Shown: piece by piece, positions 44,242 to 54,869 of the stretch
Layout of the letters: the number at the start of each line of letters is the position of its first letter
Position numbering within the stretch: position 1 is the first letter of the stretch
NCBI GenBank assembly: GCA_022763045.1
Contig: JALEGI010000021.1
Location: 22,813 to 86,812, forward strand
Direction: 5' to 3'
Source of the DNA: Simkaniaceae bacterium
GTDB lineage: Bacteria; Chlamydiota; Chlamydiia; Chlamydiales; JACRBE01
DNA: 64,000 nt
Program-made: the position numbers and the translations under genes
The notes under the pieces: generated by a model
Told to the model about the DNA's origin: nothing
What the model saw: only the letters and a program-made list of their open reading frames with translations
The model's database searches: none

Positions 44242-47200
44242 TCTCTCAGGGAAGTGAAAGTATTCCATGGGGAGTGGATAGTCAAAGATTTGCTTCTCTT
44301 TGCTCTGCTTTCTCTTTTTGCGGTGCATATTTAGCTCATCCACATGTACCTTGCCAGTCAACCGATTTCCCCAAGGGTAGGGTTTTTTAGGTGGTGGGAC
44401 ATCTGACTGATCATCAATAAGGCTCCCAAAAACATCAATGATTCCCCCAAATGCACCTGCCTGACTCTTCGCACCCTCTTTGGCGATCATCAATGCAATT
44501 TTACCAACAACAGCTCCCTTATCGATATGAATATTTCCAAATGGACCTTTGAAAGGTATCTTGAAAACGTAATCTGGGCTTAATCCAGTTAGCCCCATTC
44601 CAGAGGCAAGGGCTTGGGAGGTAAGGCCGATAATCATATTGACATATCTCTTGTTGAAGTCAATATTGCCCCATGTGCAAATATGGTAGCGATTGTCATA
44701 GAGAATTTCAGTTCGTTCGATATCAAGCAATCCCCGAGAAAAGTGCATATCCAATGGAGCAAACCAAAGTTCACTAACATCCTGCCCCTCTAACTTGAAT
44801 ATCCCACCCATCTGACTCATGTTTCCACGATTGTAAAAGCGCATTTTTCCAAGTTGAAGTTGAATGCTAGGCATTAATATGGTTGAGGGATTGAGCTCAT
44901 TCAATGGAAGAATGAAGCCTTTTTCATCTATACGTAATCGAATAGGCTTGCGCGAGCGTATGGCAAAGATGTCAAACTCATTAAATAGTATTTTATCAAG
45001 GCGCTTGGTCAAGTTCATACGAGCTGTTAATGGGCGCTTCAGCATGAGTTTATTGTTGATGACAACTCCATCGAGATCGAGCTTGGCTTGCGAGGCATCG
45101 ACATCTAAAGCGAGCGTGCCATTTTGACTTTTGATCGATGCCTTTAAAGTACTATTGACGTAGTTTCCAAGAATAGCTGATGGTGGAAGAGTCCCTAGCT
45201 TAAATGCGCGAAAAAGAGCATCGATTAGCATTGAAGGAATATGACTTACCTTAAGACTCGTTGTAAGTTCGAGCTGTCCATAGTTTGGTTTCCCATCTTT
45301 ATCAACGGGGATTAAAAGAGCTCCAGTTCCATCAACTGATCCACTAAGCGCCTCTCCATGCTCGCTTGCTTTTGAGGCAATTTTCGAATTTGTGTCAAAA
45401 AAGAGGGGATCTTTAGGCTTTTTATCTAGCAAAAATTTACTACGCGGCGCCTCAGCAATCATTCCAGTTTCAACATCTTTGATTACAAGATTTTCTAACT
45501 TCAAGGCTCCTTTAAAAGCCATCAAAGAGAAGTCATCACCTATTGATTTGATGAATTTACCCTCCTTGAGAGGAATATTTAACCGGTCTAAATTAAGAGA
45601 TAGATCAATCGGTTTGAGAAGAGTAAAATAGAGAGGTTCTGCTGGCCCAGTTGTGAGGTGGTTGATAGCTTGAAATCCTTCAGGAGTGAGCGTCCATTGG
45701 ATTTTTAGTGGAGCGCGTGAGCCAAGTTTTAAATCGTTTTGGAAGTCGACAAAACCATTTATTTTTAACAGAGGGGCATCGAGCTTCATTTTGCACTGCT
45801 TTTTAGACTCTGCTAGAATGAAATTAGCACTGAGATTCGCTTTTTCGCCAATAAGTTGTGGAGCTACTGGATTAATATCAAGCAGGGGAGTGAACCATTT
45901 TGACGGGATCCCCTCGCCATTGATATTGAGCGTAAAGTTTGCATTCTCATAGGGATCTTTTAACCTAAGATCAAAGCTGCGGACTGTAAGGTCGCCATGC
46001 AAAGAGCCCTCCTTCTCTACATCGGATTCAAGTTGAAAATCCATCTCCTGTGATTTTTGATCGAGATTAAAATAGGCGTGTACTTGGTCAAGGGAAATCA
46101 CCTCTTTTTGTACAACATCCTCTAATTCAATTTTTTCAGTAAATAACTTAGCCTTCACATATGATAGAGGATAAGAGGCGATGCTTGAGTCGTAGGTAAA
46201 AGGATCTACTGTAATGGCGATTGCGGTTTTCTTTTTCACTAAAAAGTCTGACTTCAAACGCTCACGAACTGGAGTCCAACGGTCTGGTATAAGTTGATAA
46301 GCTATTGTAAATGGTTTTGATACAGAAACCTTTGAAAAATTCGGTGAAACGCTCCCAAAGATTTTTGTGCTTAAGACATCAGACTTAATATCAAAAGCAT
46401 ACTGTGGCAGTAAAATGGCATAATTTGGAGTGATTGCCACATCACCTGTGAAGTTGAGCTCTAGAGGAGAGCCAATGAATGCCAGCAGTTCTGTAGAGGC
46501 GTTAGGAACAATGGTTGCTGAGCTCTTTAGTCTGTTTTGTTCTACTTCAAGTGTGAGGTCTTTAACCAGGGTTTTATCTGCTAAGGTTCCTCTATCAGAC
46601 GTGACTTTAAAAAAGACATCTCTTGGGTTTTTTAAATCATGGAGGCTACCCTCAAACTCAAAAGGCGCATTTAGGTAATTCGATTGAAGGCTAAGCCTTC
46701 CTTTACAGCGGCTTGTCTGCTGGAGACTTTCGGAGAGTCCATTAATTTGAAGAGAGTTGATCGTCATCTGATCAAAATGTAATTTACTCACCTGAAGAGA
46801 GCCTGCTAGAGCTAAAGAGGGAAAAGAGAGTCTGCCATTGATGGTTGGGATCTTAAAACTTTTGAGAATAAGCTCCAAATTTGCCGCTTCTTTCAAAGTC
46901 CACTGAGAATCTCCGATTAACTGCGACATTTCAGGTGTGATTCGCCAGTGTATATCAGCAGGGGTGCTCGAGCTTTCGGTGTCGATACGGGCGCGAATGA
47001 GATCTGTATCAATTTTAGCTTGTGCTGAGTAGCTGCTACTGTCAGTCTTGATTTTCGCCTGCATATCAAGCGATTTACCAACAGCTTGAACGAGAAGTCC
47101 TTTGTAAGATAAAAGGCGATCAATTCCAGAGATTGGAAGATTGCGAATTGTCGCATCGAGTTGATAGTTTAGCGTCTCTTTCCAGTTCTTAGGGTCAAAA

Positions 47201-47745
47201 TTTAGCCGCGTTTTTACATTGACAATACCAGTTTCAGCCCCCTCTTTAGTCTTGGCAAAGAGGTTTATATTGATCGGCTCACCGCGACCTGGAAATTGCA
47301 TTTTAGCAGAGATGTCTGAGAAGGTAATCGGGGGATTCTTCCCCTTACGAATCGTTAATTTTCCATCTTCTAGTTCAAAATTATTTAAAAGAAAAAATCC
47401 CGCAAAAGAGCCGCCTCCACTCTTTTTTGCTAGTATCAGATCGACATTTGGCGATAGTAATTTAACATCTTTTAAACGCAGGCCATGGAATATGATCCCC
47501 AAAAGAGAGTCGTTAACCTCTAGTTTTTTAAATGTAATTTGTGTTTGGGCATCTTGATAGGAAAATCCCTCAATAGTTTGCTCACTAAACCAACCAAGAG
47601 AAAGGCGCTTAATTTTCATCTCTCCATCGCCGGCCCCCTCAATAAATCGCGTTCCAGGGCCCGTCGACAATAGATAGGGAATTGCTGCAACAGAAATGAT
47701 AATCAGAAATACAAGTCCTAGGACGATTTTTAGAAAGAGTCTCAT
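44233..47745 (-). CDS. Large envelope protein with an N-terminal membrane anchor, AsmA/TamB-like (tentative)
   Basis: 1170 aa. The N-terminal TM segment is [22 protein letters not shown]. The remainder is beta-rich and repetitive in character, with no catalytic motifs. The family call is by architecture only. Confidence 0.45.
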   Translation of the reverse strand: MRLFLKIVLGLVFLIIISVAAIPYLLSTGPGTRFIEGAGDGEMKIKRLSLGWFSEQTIEGFSYQDAQTQITFKKLEVNDSLLGIIFHGLRLKDVKLLSPNVDLILAKKSGGGSFAGFFLLNNFELEDGKLTIRKGKNPPITFSDISAKMQFPGRGEPININLFAKTKEGAETGIVNVKTRLNFDPKNWKETLNYQLDATIRNLPISGIDRLLSYKGLLVQAVGKSLDMQAKIKTDSSSYSAQAKIDTDLIRARIDTESSSTPADIHWRITPEMSQLIGDSQWTLKEAANLELILKSFKIPTINGRLSFPSLALAGSLQVSKLHFDQMTINSLQINGLSESLQQTSRCKGRLSLQSNYLNAPFEFEGSLHDLKNPRDVFFKVTSDRGTLADKTLVKDLTLEVEQNRLKSSATIVPNASTELLAFIGSPLELNFTGDVAITPNYAILLPQYAFDIKSDVLSTKIFGSVSPNFSKVSVSKPFTIAYQLIPDRWTPVRERLKSDFLVKKKTAIAITVDPFTYDSSIASYPLSYVKAKLFTEKIELEDVVQKEVISLDQVHAYFNLDQKSQEMDFQLESDVEKEGSLHGDLTVRSFDLRLKDPYENANFTLNINGEGIPSKWFTPLLDINPVAPQLIGEKANLSANFILAESKKQCKMKLDAPLLKINGFVDFQNDLKLGSRAPLKIQWTLTPEGFQAINHLTTGPAEPLYFTLLKPIDLSLNLDRLNIPLKEGKFIKSIGDDFSLMAFKGALKLENLVIKDVETGMIAEAPRSKFLLDKKPKDPLFFDTNSKIASKASEHGEALSGSVDGTGALLIPVDKDGKPNYGQLELTTSLKVSHIPSMLIDALFRAFKLGTLPPSAILGNYVNSTLKASIKSQNGTLALDVDASQAKLDLDGVVINNKLMLKRPLTARMNLTKRLDKILFNEFDIFAIRSRKPIRLRIDEKGFILPLNELNPSTILMPSIQLQLGKMRFYNRGNMSQMGGIFKLEGQDVSELWFAPLDMHFSRGLLDIERTEILYDNRYHICTWGNIDFNKRYVNMIIGLTSQALASGMGLTGLSPDYVFKIPFKGPFGNIHIDKGAVVGKIALMIAKEGAKSQAGAFGGIIDVFGSLIDDQSDVPPPKKPYPWGNRLTGKVHVDELNMHRKKRKQSKEKQIFDYPLPMEYFHFPERSS

Positions 47746-48227
47746 TGCGATGCCTTTAAGTAGTAGAGCGCTAGCAGAGTTTTTGCGTCAGAGGGCTTGG
47801 TTTGAAGCGCCTCATCAAGTGTCATTTTAACAACCTCAATCTTGTCCGTGTCTTCAGCATGCAAAGGGTTTAAAAATAGCTCTTGTGCCATAAAAAGATG
47901 AAGTTTTTCATTGCAAAAGCCAGGGGCCGAATAGAATTCAAAAAGTGGCTTTAGCACTTTTGCCCCAAATCCCGTCTCCTCTCGAAGCTCACGCTGGGCA
48001 CACTCCTTGGGGTCCTCTCCTTTCTCTAAAACTCCCGCAGGAAGCTCGAGAAGCACTTGATCAACGGGGTTTCTATGTTGCTTAACAAAGACGATTTTAT
48101 CGCCCTCAATTGGTAGAATCACAGCAGCTCCTGGGTGCTTGACCCATTGATGCTCTTGTTCATCTTCGAAAACTTGAAATAGAGGTCCGTTAAGTAGTTG
48201 TTTCATCAGGTGCGCCCATGCATACAT
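47742..48227 (-). CDS. NUDIX hydrolase (ADP-ribose pyrophosphatase-like)
   Basis: Nudix box GVLEKGEDPKECAQRELREETGF. Confidence 0.85.
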   Translation of the reverse strand: MYAWAHLMKQLLNGPLFQVFEDEQEHQWVKHPGAAVILPIEGDKIVFVKQHRNPVDQVLLELPAGVLEKGEDPKECAQRELREETGFGAKVLKPLFEFYSAPGFCNEKLHLFMAQELFLNPLHAEDTDKIEVVKMTLDEALQTKPSDAKTLLALYYLKASQ

Positions 48228-49617
48228 ATTTCATTTCTAAGTAGTCGTTGACCCCATAGCGAGAGCCCTCAACTCCAATTCCCGATTCTTTATGACCACC
48301 AAAGGGGGTCCCTGCAGAGGCTATCCCTACTTCATTGACACCAACCATACCATATTCCAAACCCTTAGGAACGCGCCAAGCGCGGTGAAGGTTTTCCGTG
48401 AAAATATAGCTTGCTAAACCGTAACGCGTGGCATTTGCACGCTCAATCACATCGCGCTCATCTGAAAAGGTGAGACAAGAAATCACCGGGCCAAAAATTT
48501 CTTCCTGCGCGATTGACATTTCATCTTTAACATCGATGACAATTGTGGGGTCGAAGGAGTTTCCACTACGTTTTGCGCCTGAGATAACACGCGCTCCCGC
48601 TTGTTCGGCTTCGTGAATTAATCGCTCAACTTTTCCTAAAGCAGCTTGATTAATCAGTGGAAATACTCCCTTTTCAAGCTCTTCAATGGCCTTTTTGACC
48701 TTTTCAACAAATACTTTTTGGATGCTCTCATGGACATAGATGCGATTTGGACAAATACATGATTGTCCCCAGTTGCGAAATTTTGCTGCGATCAGTTTTT
48801 TTACTGTGAGATCGAGATTTGCATCCTCAAAGACAATAAAGGGAGCGTTGCCACCAAGTTCTAAAGAGAGTTTTTTCACATGGTTTGCCGCCCCTCGCAT
48901 GAGAATCTTACCCACTTCAGTTGAGCCTGTGAATGAGAGCTTACGCACCTTTGCGTTATCCATCATCTCTTGGCCAATCGCCTTAGCGTCTCCCGTGATG
49001 AAATTGATCACACCATCTGGAAAGCCCGCCTCTTGAGCGAGAACTCCAAGGGCAAAAGCGCTAAGAGGGGTTTGTTCATCGGGCTTAATTACAAGAGTGC
49101 AACCGACTGCCAAGGCGGGGGCGCATTTGCGCGTAATCATCGAGGAGGGAAAATTCCAAGGAGTGATTGCGCCAACAACACCTACAGGCTCTTTTAGGAC
49201 AAGCCCATGCTCACCTGGAGTTTCGCTTGGCATGAGATCTCCAAAAATACGGAGCGCCTCATCTGCAAACCAGTAGATAAATGAGCTGCCATACTCAATT
49301 TCTGCGAGCGCCTGCTTGAGGGTTTTACCCTGTTCTAGACGCATAATTTCAGCAAGTTCTTCGGCATTTTCATCGATCAACTCGGCCCATCTTCTTAGGG
49401 TTTTGCTGCGTGTTGAGGGGGACGCTTGAGACCAAACCTCAAAAGCGCTATAGGCCGCATCGATCGCTACCAGACACTCTTTTTGCCCCAGAAGGGGGAT
49501 GTGATTAATGACTGAGTCATCAAAGGGGTTTAATACAGGGAGGGTGCTTTTTCCTTCAATCCACTTTCCATTTACCAGGCATTTGGATTGAAATAGCCTT
49601 GATTGCCGAAAATTCAT
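48190..49617 (-). CDS. gabD: NAD(P)-dependent succinate-semialdehyde dehydrogenase
   Basis: ITPWNFPSSMITRK, KLSFTGSTEVG, LELGGNAPFIVF, the catalytic Cys in GQSCICPNR, and EEIFGPV. Collinear similarity to E. coli GabD as I recall it. Confidence 0.85.
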   Translation of the reverse strand: MNFRQSRLFQSKCLVNGKWIEGKSTLPVLNPFDDSVINHIPLLGQKECLVAIDAAYSAFEVWSQASPSTRSKTLRRWAELIDENAEELAEIMRLEQGKTLKQALAEIEYGSSFIYWFADEALRIFGDLMPSETPGEHGLVLKEPVGVVGAITPWNFPSSMITRKCAPALAVGCTLVIKPDEQTPLSAFALGVLAQEAGFPDGVINFITGDAKAIGQEMMDNAKVRKLSFTGSTEVGKILMRGAANHVKKLSLELGGNAPFIVFEDANLDLTVKKLIAAKFRNWGQSCICPNRIYVHESIQKVFVEKVKKAIEELEKGVFPLINQAALGKVERLIHEAEQAGARVISGAKRSGNSFDPTIVIDVKDEMSIAQEEIFGPVISCLTFSDERDVIERANATRYGLASYIFTENLHRAWRVPKGLEYGMVGVNEVGIASAGTPFGGHKESGIGVEGSRYGVNDYLEMKYVCMGAPDETTT

Positions 49618-49661
49618 GTTCGAATTTTAGGCAATCAAACACTATCTTGTCAATTCAGCTC

Positions 49662-52655
49662 TTATTCGTCTGAATCATAGTCATCAAAACCAAAATCGGA
49701 ATCTGAAAAAGAGTCATAAACCTCTGGGACATATTTGTCGTCATTTGCTTGCATGTCTAGACGCTCGTGAGCCTCCCGTAACATTTCCTCCCTACGGATA
49801 GCTAATCGATCATCATGCACTTCCATTGACAGTTGCTCTTGTCTCTCTACAGGATCAATATAGGTATAAGCGCCACTTTGACTTCTTAAAATCATGCTTT
49901 CAAACGGCTCACCCAACCTGGCGACAATACGAGTTGATAAAAGGTATCCTTCTCGAATAATGCTTGAAAGCTTAGAGCGAAACTCACTAAAGCCAATATG
50001 CCAGTGCATATATCCGTTTAAAGCCTCAAACAACCCGATATCACCGCTCTCGTAGATAGCTAAGACAACGCTGCCCAAATTGTGAACATATGAACTGACA
50101 AACATTGTACTCTCGACATGTAGCAAAAATGCAGCTTTTCCAGCAGGATCAAGCGAGTCAATGAAGCCAGATGCTTCTGGATTAAGAATTTTATAAACTT
50201 CTGCCTTTTCAATTGGGCTTAAAGCTTGAATCGCTCTTTGAGTTTGATATGTAAAACCCTTTCGGCCTAGATAGCTGGATCCATCCTCATACTCCTTTCT
50301 TAGGTAGTGCATCTTAGCTGCTGCCGATCCCGTTTCCATGAGATTTGCAATAAACTCGGTTTGCTCAGGAGTTTTACGACCTAGATCTATCGAATCGATT
50401 AGCACCGTCGCAAGGGTCGGGGAAAAGCTTTCTAAAGCCTTAACCGGTAGGTTTGTAGCAAATTCTAAAACCCTCTTTTGCGCTTTAAAAAACTCGGGAA
50501 GTTCCTTTTGATCAATACCCATAGCTTCACAAAGCTTCTCAATTCTTTCTGACGGGCTGACTACTTGCATGTAGCCACCTGGGACCCTAGCAAAATCATA
50601 CTCAATATCTCTTATTGAATAGCCAGAGCTAGAAAAGGCGCTCATTTCTCTTGATAGCTTTGAGAAATCATACTTTAAGTTCTGACTGACAAATTCGTTT
50701 AACTCGACACCTGTAAGCTGCAAGTCTGCAGCGCAAATGACTAGCTGTCTCACATGGGGTAGAAAAGCTTCTCTTTCTCTAATAAGCAACAAAAGAGAAT
50801 CGAAGCTAGGATGTCTTTCACCAGATGCTTTTGTAAGGTCTGCAAACACATCGATAAGCCTTTCTACTACTCCACCAGTATAGCTAGTTGAATTCATTAG
50901 ACCTTCAATCAACGAGGTGTATTCTGTAGGCTGTGTCAAAAGAAACTGGACGATTCCCGGCTTATCAATAGCAAAAGAGCGGTATTGATATGTTTTTTGC
51001 CTATTGAGTTCTTTAGAAACGTTTTCCAAATATTCAGATAACGCTTTAGAGGGGAGGTGTCGCAAGAGTTTCGGTGGAATAGAGAGCAGTAGCTTTGCTC
51101 TATTATCCAAATGAAGTCCATTTGTACTGTAGAAACCCTCAACAACTTTTATAATCGATTCATCGGAGATCCCTAGCACTTCTTTGTTAGCAAGCATCAG
51201 GTGGAACATATCATGAGGCATTTCACCCTGAATCATATGGTAATGATTTCCAACATGCGGACCAAATCTTTCAAAAACAGTTCGGAATCTATTTTTCACC
51301 TCTGGACTGCAGTCTGGTTGAATCACAGCAAGCCCATTTTCAATCTTTACTCCTGTAAATTGGCTAAGTAGGAAATTCATACTTCTAAGTTTTTTTGTTT
51401 GGGTAATGTATCTTGTAATTCCCCGATCAACAAGACGATCAATTTTACGATTGAGAAGAGGGTATTCTGTCTTATGGATTGATTTTGCTACTTTGAGAAT
51501 ATTCTCAGGGTGGACTCGTCCGTAGCTGCCACCAGATTCTCTAGAGACAATAACAGAAAGAAGTGCGATTCTTTCGCTATTTGTCAGTCTATCTAAGTCC
51601 TCTTTGACAAGAGCGTTAATCGTGTCTCCAGAATAGTTTTTTTGAAACAAGCGATTTGTTGATGTCGAAATATCTAAGCCGTAGCCCTCTGAAGGCGCTA
51701 ATTTGCCGTGAATCCCTTGGTGTCCATCTCTATATACGTCTACAAGCTGAGAAATCCTTGATAGTGCCTCTTCATGAGACATCGATTTTGAAAGATCTGC
51801 AACATCTTCTTCATAGTAACCGCCATAAAACTTATACTGAAGTTGATCCTCGAGGATATCACCGAGCTTTTTTCTTGCCTCCAGTAGGTTCATTCCAAGA
51901 TCGAGATAGGGCTTCATCTCTTTTTCAACAAACGCCTCCAAATCTTCGAGATGAGGTTTAGCTTCATTAGCAAAATTCATCATTCGGTAAAGGGAAACAA
52001 GCTCTGTAATAGCATCGGTTCTGGAAATCCCGTTTTCTTCTGCCTCATCGAGATCCTTTTTCAAGTTTCTTCCCAATTTAGCTCCCAATTGCGCTATTGG
52101 AAGATACTTTTTGAATCTTTGATCTAACACAACAACAACTTTACCCTCATCAAGCCCAAGCTCACGTAGAGGGGCCGCCTCTTCTTCGAATTTGAAACGC
52201 TGTAAATGGAGGACGTTGTTCAACTTATTAAGCTCTTCAATCATAGGGTAAAACTGGTAGAGGTTTCTGAGTGTCTCTACATGGGTCATTCCCATCTCAA
52301 GGCGCGCTCTATGATCTTCTTCAAAATTTCTTCCCACTTTTTTGGCTTTGACCTTAAGGTCTTCCATTTGAAGTGTTGTATAAACTCGGTTGACTCGATT
52401 GCCATAACTAGAGCTTGATGCAGGTATTGGATAAGTAACACTTTCTATTAGTCGATTAAAATCGGCCTCTGTTTTGTCTTGCCCTTTAATTTTTTTGTAA
52501 AATGCAAACACAAAATCATAGTCTGAAGTAAAAGCATCTTTGCCGCTTTTACCTAGAGCAAGAGACAAGCTTCCTTTGTCTTTGGTAGAAAGAAAACTAC
52601 CTAATTTATTCAAATCTGTATGATTTAAAAACCTGCTTTTGCCTGAAATATCCAC
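49662..52655 (-). CDS. Large orphan protein, paralog 1 (997 aa), candidate effector family
   Basis: GTG start giving MDIS..., which parallels MDVS in the paralog. Shares N-terminal, central and C-terminal blocks with 52816-54828. Acidic tail DSFSDSDFGFDDYDSDE. No TM segment or signal peptide, and no known domain recognised. Confidence 0.7.
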   Translation of the reverse strand: MDISGKSRFLNHTDLNKLGSFLSTKDKGSLSLALGKSGKDAFTSDYDFVFAFYKKIKGQDKTEADFNRLIESVTYPIPASSSSYGNRVNRVYTTLQMEDLKVKAKKVGRNFEEDHRARLEMGMTHVETLRNLYQFYPMIEELNKLNNVLHLQRFKFEEEAAPLRELGLDEGKVVVVLDQRFKKYLPIAQLGAKLGRNLKKDLDEAEENGISRTDAITELVSLYRMMNFANEAKPHLEDLEAFVEKEMKPYLDLGMNLLEARKKLGDILEDQLQYKFYGGYYEEDVADLSKSMSHEEALSRISQLVDVYRDGHQGIHGKLAPSEGYGLDISTSTNRLFQKNYSGDTINALVKEDLDRLTNSERIALLSVIVSRESGGSYGRVHPENILKVAKSIHKTEYPLLNRKIDRLVDRGITRYITQTKKLRSMNFLLSQFTGVKIENGLAVIQPDCSPEVKNRFRTVFERFGPHVGNHYHMIQGEMPHDMFHLMLANKEVLGISDESIIKVVEGFYSTNGLHLDNRAKLLLSIPPKLLRHLPSKALSEYLENVSKELNRQKTYQYRSFAIDKPGIVQFLLTQPTEYTSLIEGLMNSTSYTGGVVERLIDVFADLTKASGERHPSFDSLLLLIREREAFLPHVRQLVICAADLQLTGVELNEFVSQNLKYDFSKLSREMSAFSSSGYSIRDIEYDFARVPGGYMQVVSPSERIEKLCEAMGIDQKELPEFFKAQKRVLEFATNLPVKALESFSPTLATVLIDSIDLGRKTPEQTEFIANLMETGSAAAKMHYLRKEYEDGSSYLGRKGFTYQTQRAIQALSPIEKAEVYKILNPEASGFIDSLDPAGKAAFLLHVESTMFVSSYVHNLGSVVLAIYESGDIGLFEALNGYMHWHIGFSEFRSKLSSIIREGYLLSTRIVARLGEPFESMILRSQSGAYTYIDPVERQEQLSMEVHDDRLAIRREEMLREAHERLDMQANDDKYVPEVYDSFSDSDFGFDDYDSDE

Positions 52656-52685
52656 ATTACTACCTATTAATAATATATTAATAGA

Positions 52686-52694
52686 ATTATAACA
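52686..52694 (-). promoter_or_regulatory. Extended -10 promoter element TGTTATAAT
   Basis: Plus-strand attataaca reads as minus-strand TGTTATAAT, 31 nt upstream of the GTG at 52655. Confidence 0.45.
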
Positions 52695-52815
52695 TAATAT
52701 ATTTAAAATTTAAATTACTTTATAAGTCGTTGTCTTGCAGTTATAAAGACGATTAAACCAACTTGATGCATACAATTGACTTTGCAAACAACTAAATCTC
52801 AGTGCAATACATTCA

Positions 52816-54828
52816 TTATTCATCTTCGAAGTCAGAGTCGTCAAAACTAATAAAGCTAGGGTCTGGAACAAAACTCGGGTCTTCTTTTTGCATTTGTTCT
52901 CTTTCTATCTGCGCTCTATAGGTTTCCTCTCTATGAAGCGGCAAACGTTCATCTTCCAATTCCATCAAATAGTGCTCGTTATTTGCAAATGCCATCGGAC
53001 GATTATCTCTTCCACCCAAATTTCTAGAGACCATAGCTGGAAATGGTTCACCTCTTTCAGCGAATATGTAACTACAATCCTTAGAAGGGCTTGTATCTTG
53101 TACAATAAGTCCTAGATACTGTAGAAACTTATCAAAACCAATATGCCAATGCATGTATTTGTTCAGAGCGTCAAAAAGTTTTTCGTTTTTTGTTGCATAA
53201 ACAATCTCTACCACATGACCTAAATCTTTAATCTTACTCTGATTGAATATCGAGTCTTTTGCATACTGCGCAAAGACCTCTCTTTCTTTCGTATCAATCA
53301 AGTCAATAAAACTACTGGCGCTTGGGTTAAAGCACTTATAGAGCTCTGCAAATTCATCTGGAGACATCTCCTTGATGGCCACTTCAGTCTCTGGTTTGAA
53401 TTGTGACTGACCAAAATACGAAGTTGATCTCTCCGATTCTTTTTTGATATAGGCAAGTTTAAGGTTTATTGACCCTGCACGTAAAAGGGCTGAGATAAAC
53501 CCTTTATATTCGGATGCTTCATTACTGATATCGATCGAATTTAATAGAGCTATTGCTAAAGAGCCTGGGAAATGCTCAACAGCTAGCATCGGAAATTCTT
53601 TTGCAAAGGTAAATAGTTTTTCTAAATTTGTGAAAAACATAGGTAGCGTCTCTTTCTCGATCTGCAGATTCTCACACAAAAGATCAATTCTATGCCGTGC
53701 AGAGCTACTTGAGTCAGCGCTGGCCGATGATAAACTTGCAGAATCTCTCTTCGCTTCAGACAAGCTATAGTCTAAGCTGGCAAATCTTTGAGCATGCATC
53801 AAAAGAGGGGAGAGGTCACATCCAAAGTATATACTTGAAGCGCCTATTATCTCATGCTTAGTTAGTTGCAAATCCTTTGCTCGCGCGAGTATACATTGGA
53901 AAAAAGGCTTATGAGCCAACCTTTGGCCTAAAGCTGAGATTAATTTCCCCACCTTTGCATCTCTTACACCTGATTGTTTTACAAAGTTCCCTAGAGCATG
54001 AATAATGGTCTCTACACCCCTAGGACTTGTTTTAGCTTTTGCAATTAAACACGTAAAAACAGATTCAAAATCCTCTGAGGAATTTACGGAAAATGTGGCG
54101 ATTCCTTCGCTATTAATAACAATAGGTTTACGTGCACCTGGATTCATCTTTTGCAGCTCTTCAAAACCTTGCCTTCTCTTATCAACTACTTCTATACAAT
54201 CGGGCTGAACTATATCATAAGTACCATCAGATGAAGCGAGAAGCAAATTTACTTTTTCTAGAGGCATCTTCTCGGTAATGTATCTTGAAATCGTTCCTTG
54301 AATCAGCTTGTCAATTGCTCTATTTATAACTGGATCATCAGTATAATTAACTTCAAAAACGAAACCAGCTGAAGTTGCATAAAGATTGTTCACACTCTTA
54401 TAATAAAGAGTAAGAAAGTGTAATGCTTGAGGTTGGCTCATTCCACTTGCTCTAAGAATTTTGTGGTCTTCTTTAAAATTTAACCCAATTTCTTCTATAT
54501 TGATTCCAAGGTCTTTTATAAGAGCTTCAACTTGCAGACTTTGGTAGACGCGTTGTATTGGAGTTTCGTATTTTCCGCTAACAACAGAAGTTGGAGCGCC
54601 AATATCTGCAATGACCTTTTTAAAATCCTCTTCAGTTTTGTCGTCGCCTTTGATTTTTTGATAAAATGCAAGTGCAGTGGTGTATTCAGAGGTAAAAGCA
54701 TCTTGGCCACCTTTACCAAGAGCTACCGGTAGGTTGCCCCGCTCTTGAAGTGTGAGGAACCCTACAAGTCCATCAAAAATTGGAGGCCTCAGCAAAAAAT
54801 CTTTATTTGGTGTGATTGACACGTCCAT
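52816..54828 (-). CDS. Large orphan protein, paralog 2 (670 aa), candidate effector family
   Basis: ATG start. Shares blocks with paralog 1, for example VALGKGGQDAFTSEY...AFYQKIKGDDKTEEDF and NKYMHWHIGFDKF. Acidic tail SFISFDDSDFEDE. Confidence 0.7.
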   Translation of the reverse strand: MDVSITPNKDFLLRPPIFDGLVGFLTLQERGNLPVALGKGGQDAFTSEYTTALAFYQKIKGDDKTEEDFKKVIADIGAPTSVVSGKYETPIQRVYQSLQVEALIKDLGINIEEIGLNFKEDHKILRASGMSQPQALHFLTLYYKSVNNLYATSAGFVFEVNYTDDPVINRAIDKLIQGTISRYITEKMPLEKVNLLLASSDGTYDIVQPDCIEVVDKRRQGFEELQKMNPGARKPIVINSEGIATFSVNSSEDFESVFTCLIAKAKTSPRGVETIIHALGNFVKQSGVRDAKVGKLISALGQRLAHKPFFQCILARAKDLQLTKHEIIGASSIYFGCDLSPLLMHAQRFASLDYSLSEAKRDSASLSSASADSSSSARHRIDLLCENLQIEKETLPMFFTNLEKLFTFAKEFPMLAVEHFPGSLAIALLNSIDISNEASEYKGFISALLRAGSINLKLAYIKKESERSTSYFGQSQFKPETEVAIKEMSPDEFAELYKCFNPSASSFIDLIDTKEREVFAQYAKDSIFNQSKIKDLGHVVEIVYATKNEKLFDALNKYMHWHIGFDKFLQYLGLIVQDTSPSKDCSYIFAERGEPFPAMVSRNLGGRDNRPMAFANNEHYLMELEDERLPLHREETYRAQIEREQMQKEDPSFVPDPSFISFDDSDFEDE

Positions 54829-54860
54829 TTCATTGCCTTTTTAAATTAATAATCACGCAT

Positions 54861-54869
54861 ATTATATCA
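54861..54869 (-). promoter_or_regulatory. Extended -10 promoter element TGATATAAT
   Basis: Plus-strand attatatca reads as minus-strand TGATATAAT, 33 nt upstream of the ATG at 54828. Confidence 0.45.

Noticed and set aside
49665-52866. FFAT (EFFDAxE, VAP-binding) or LIR motifs in the acidic C-terminal tails of the two paralogs.
   Set aside because: I tried aligning DFGFDDY, GFDDYDS, SFDDSDF and DFEDE to the 7-residue FFAT core. Each fails at two or more key positions. No [WFY]xx[LIV] LIR core is present in the tails. Only the generic acidic-cluster character is retained as an observation.
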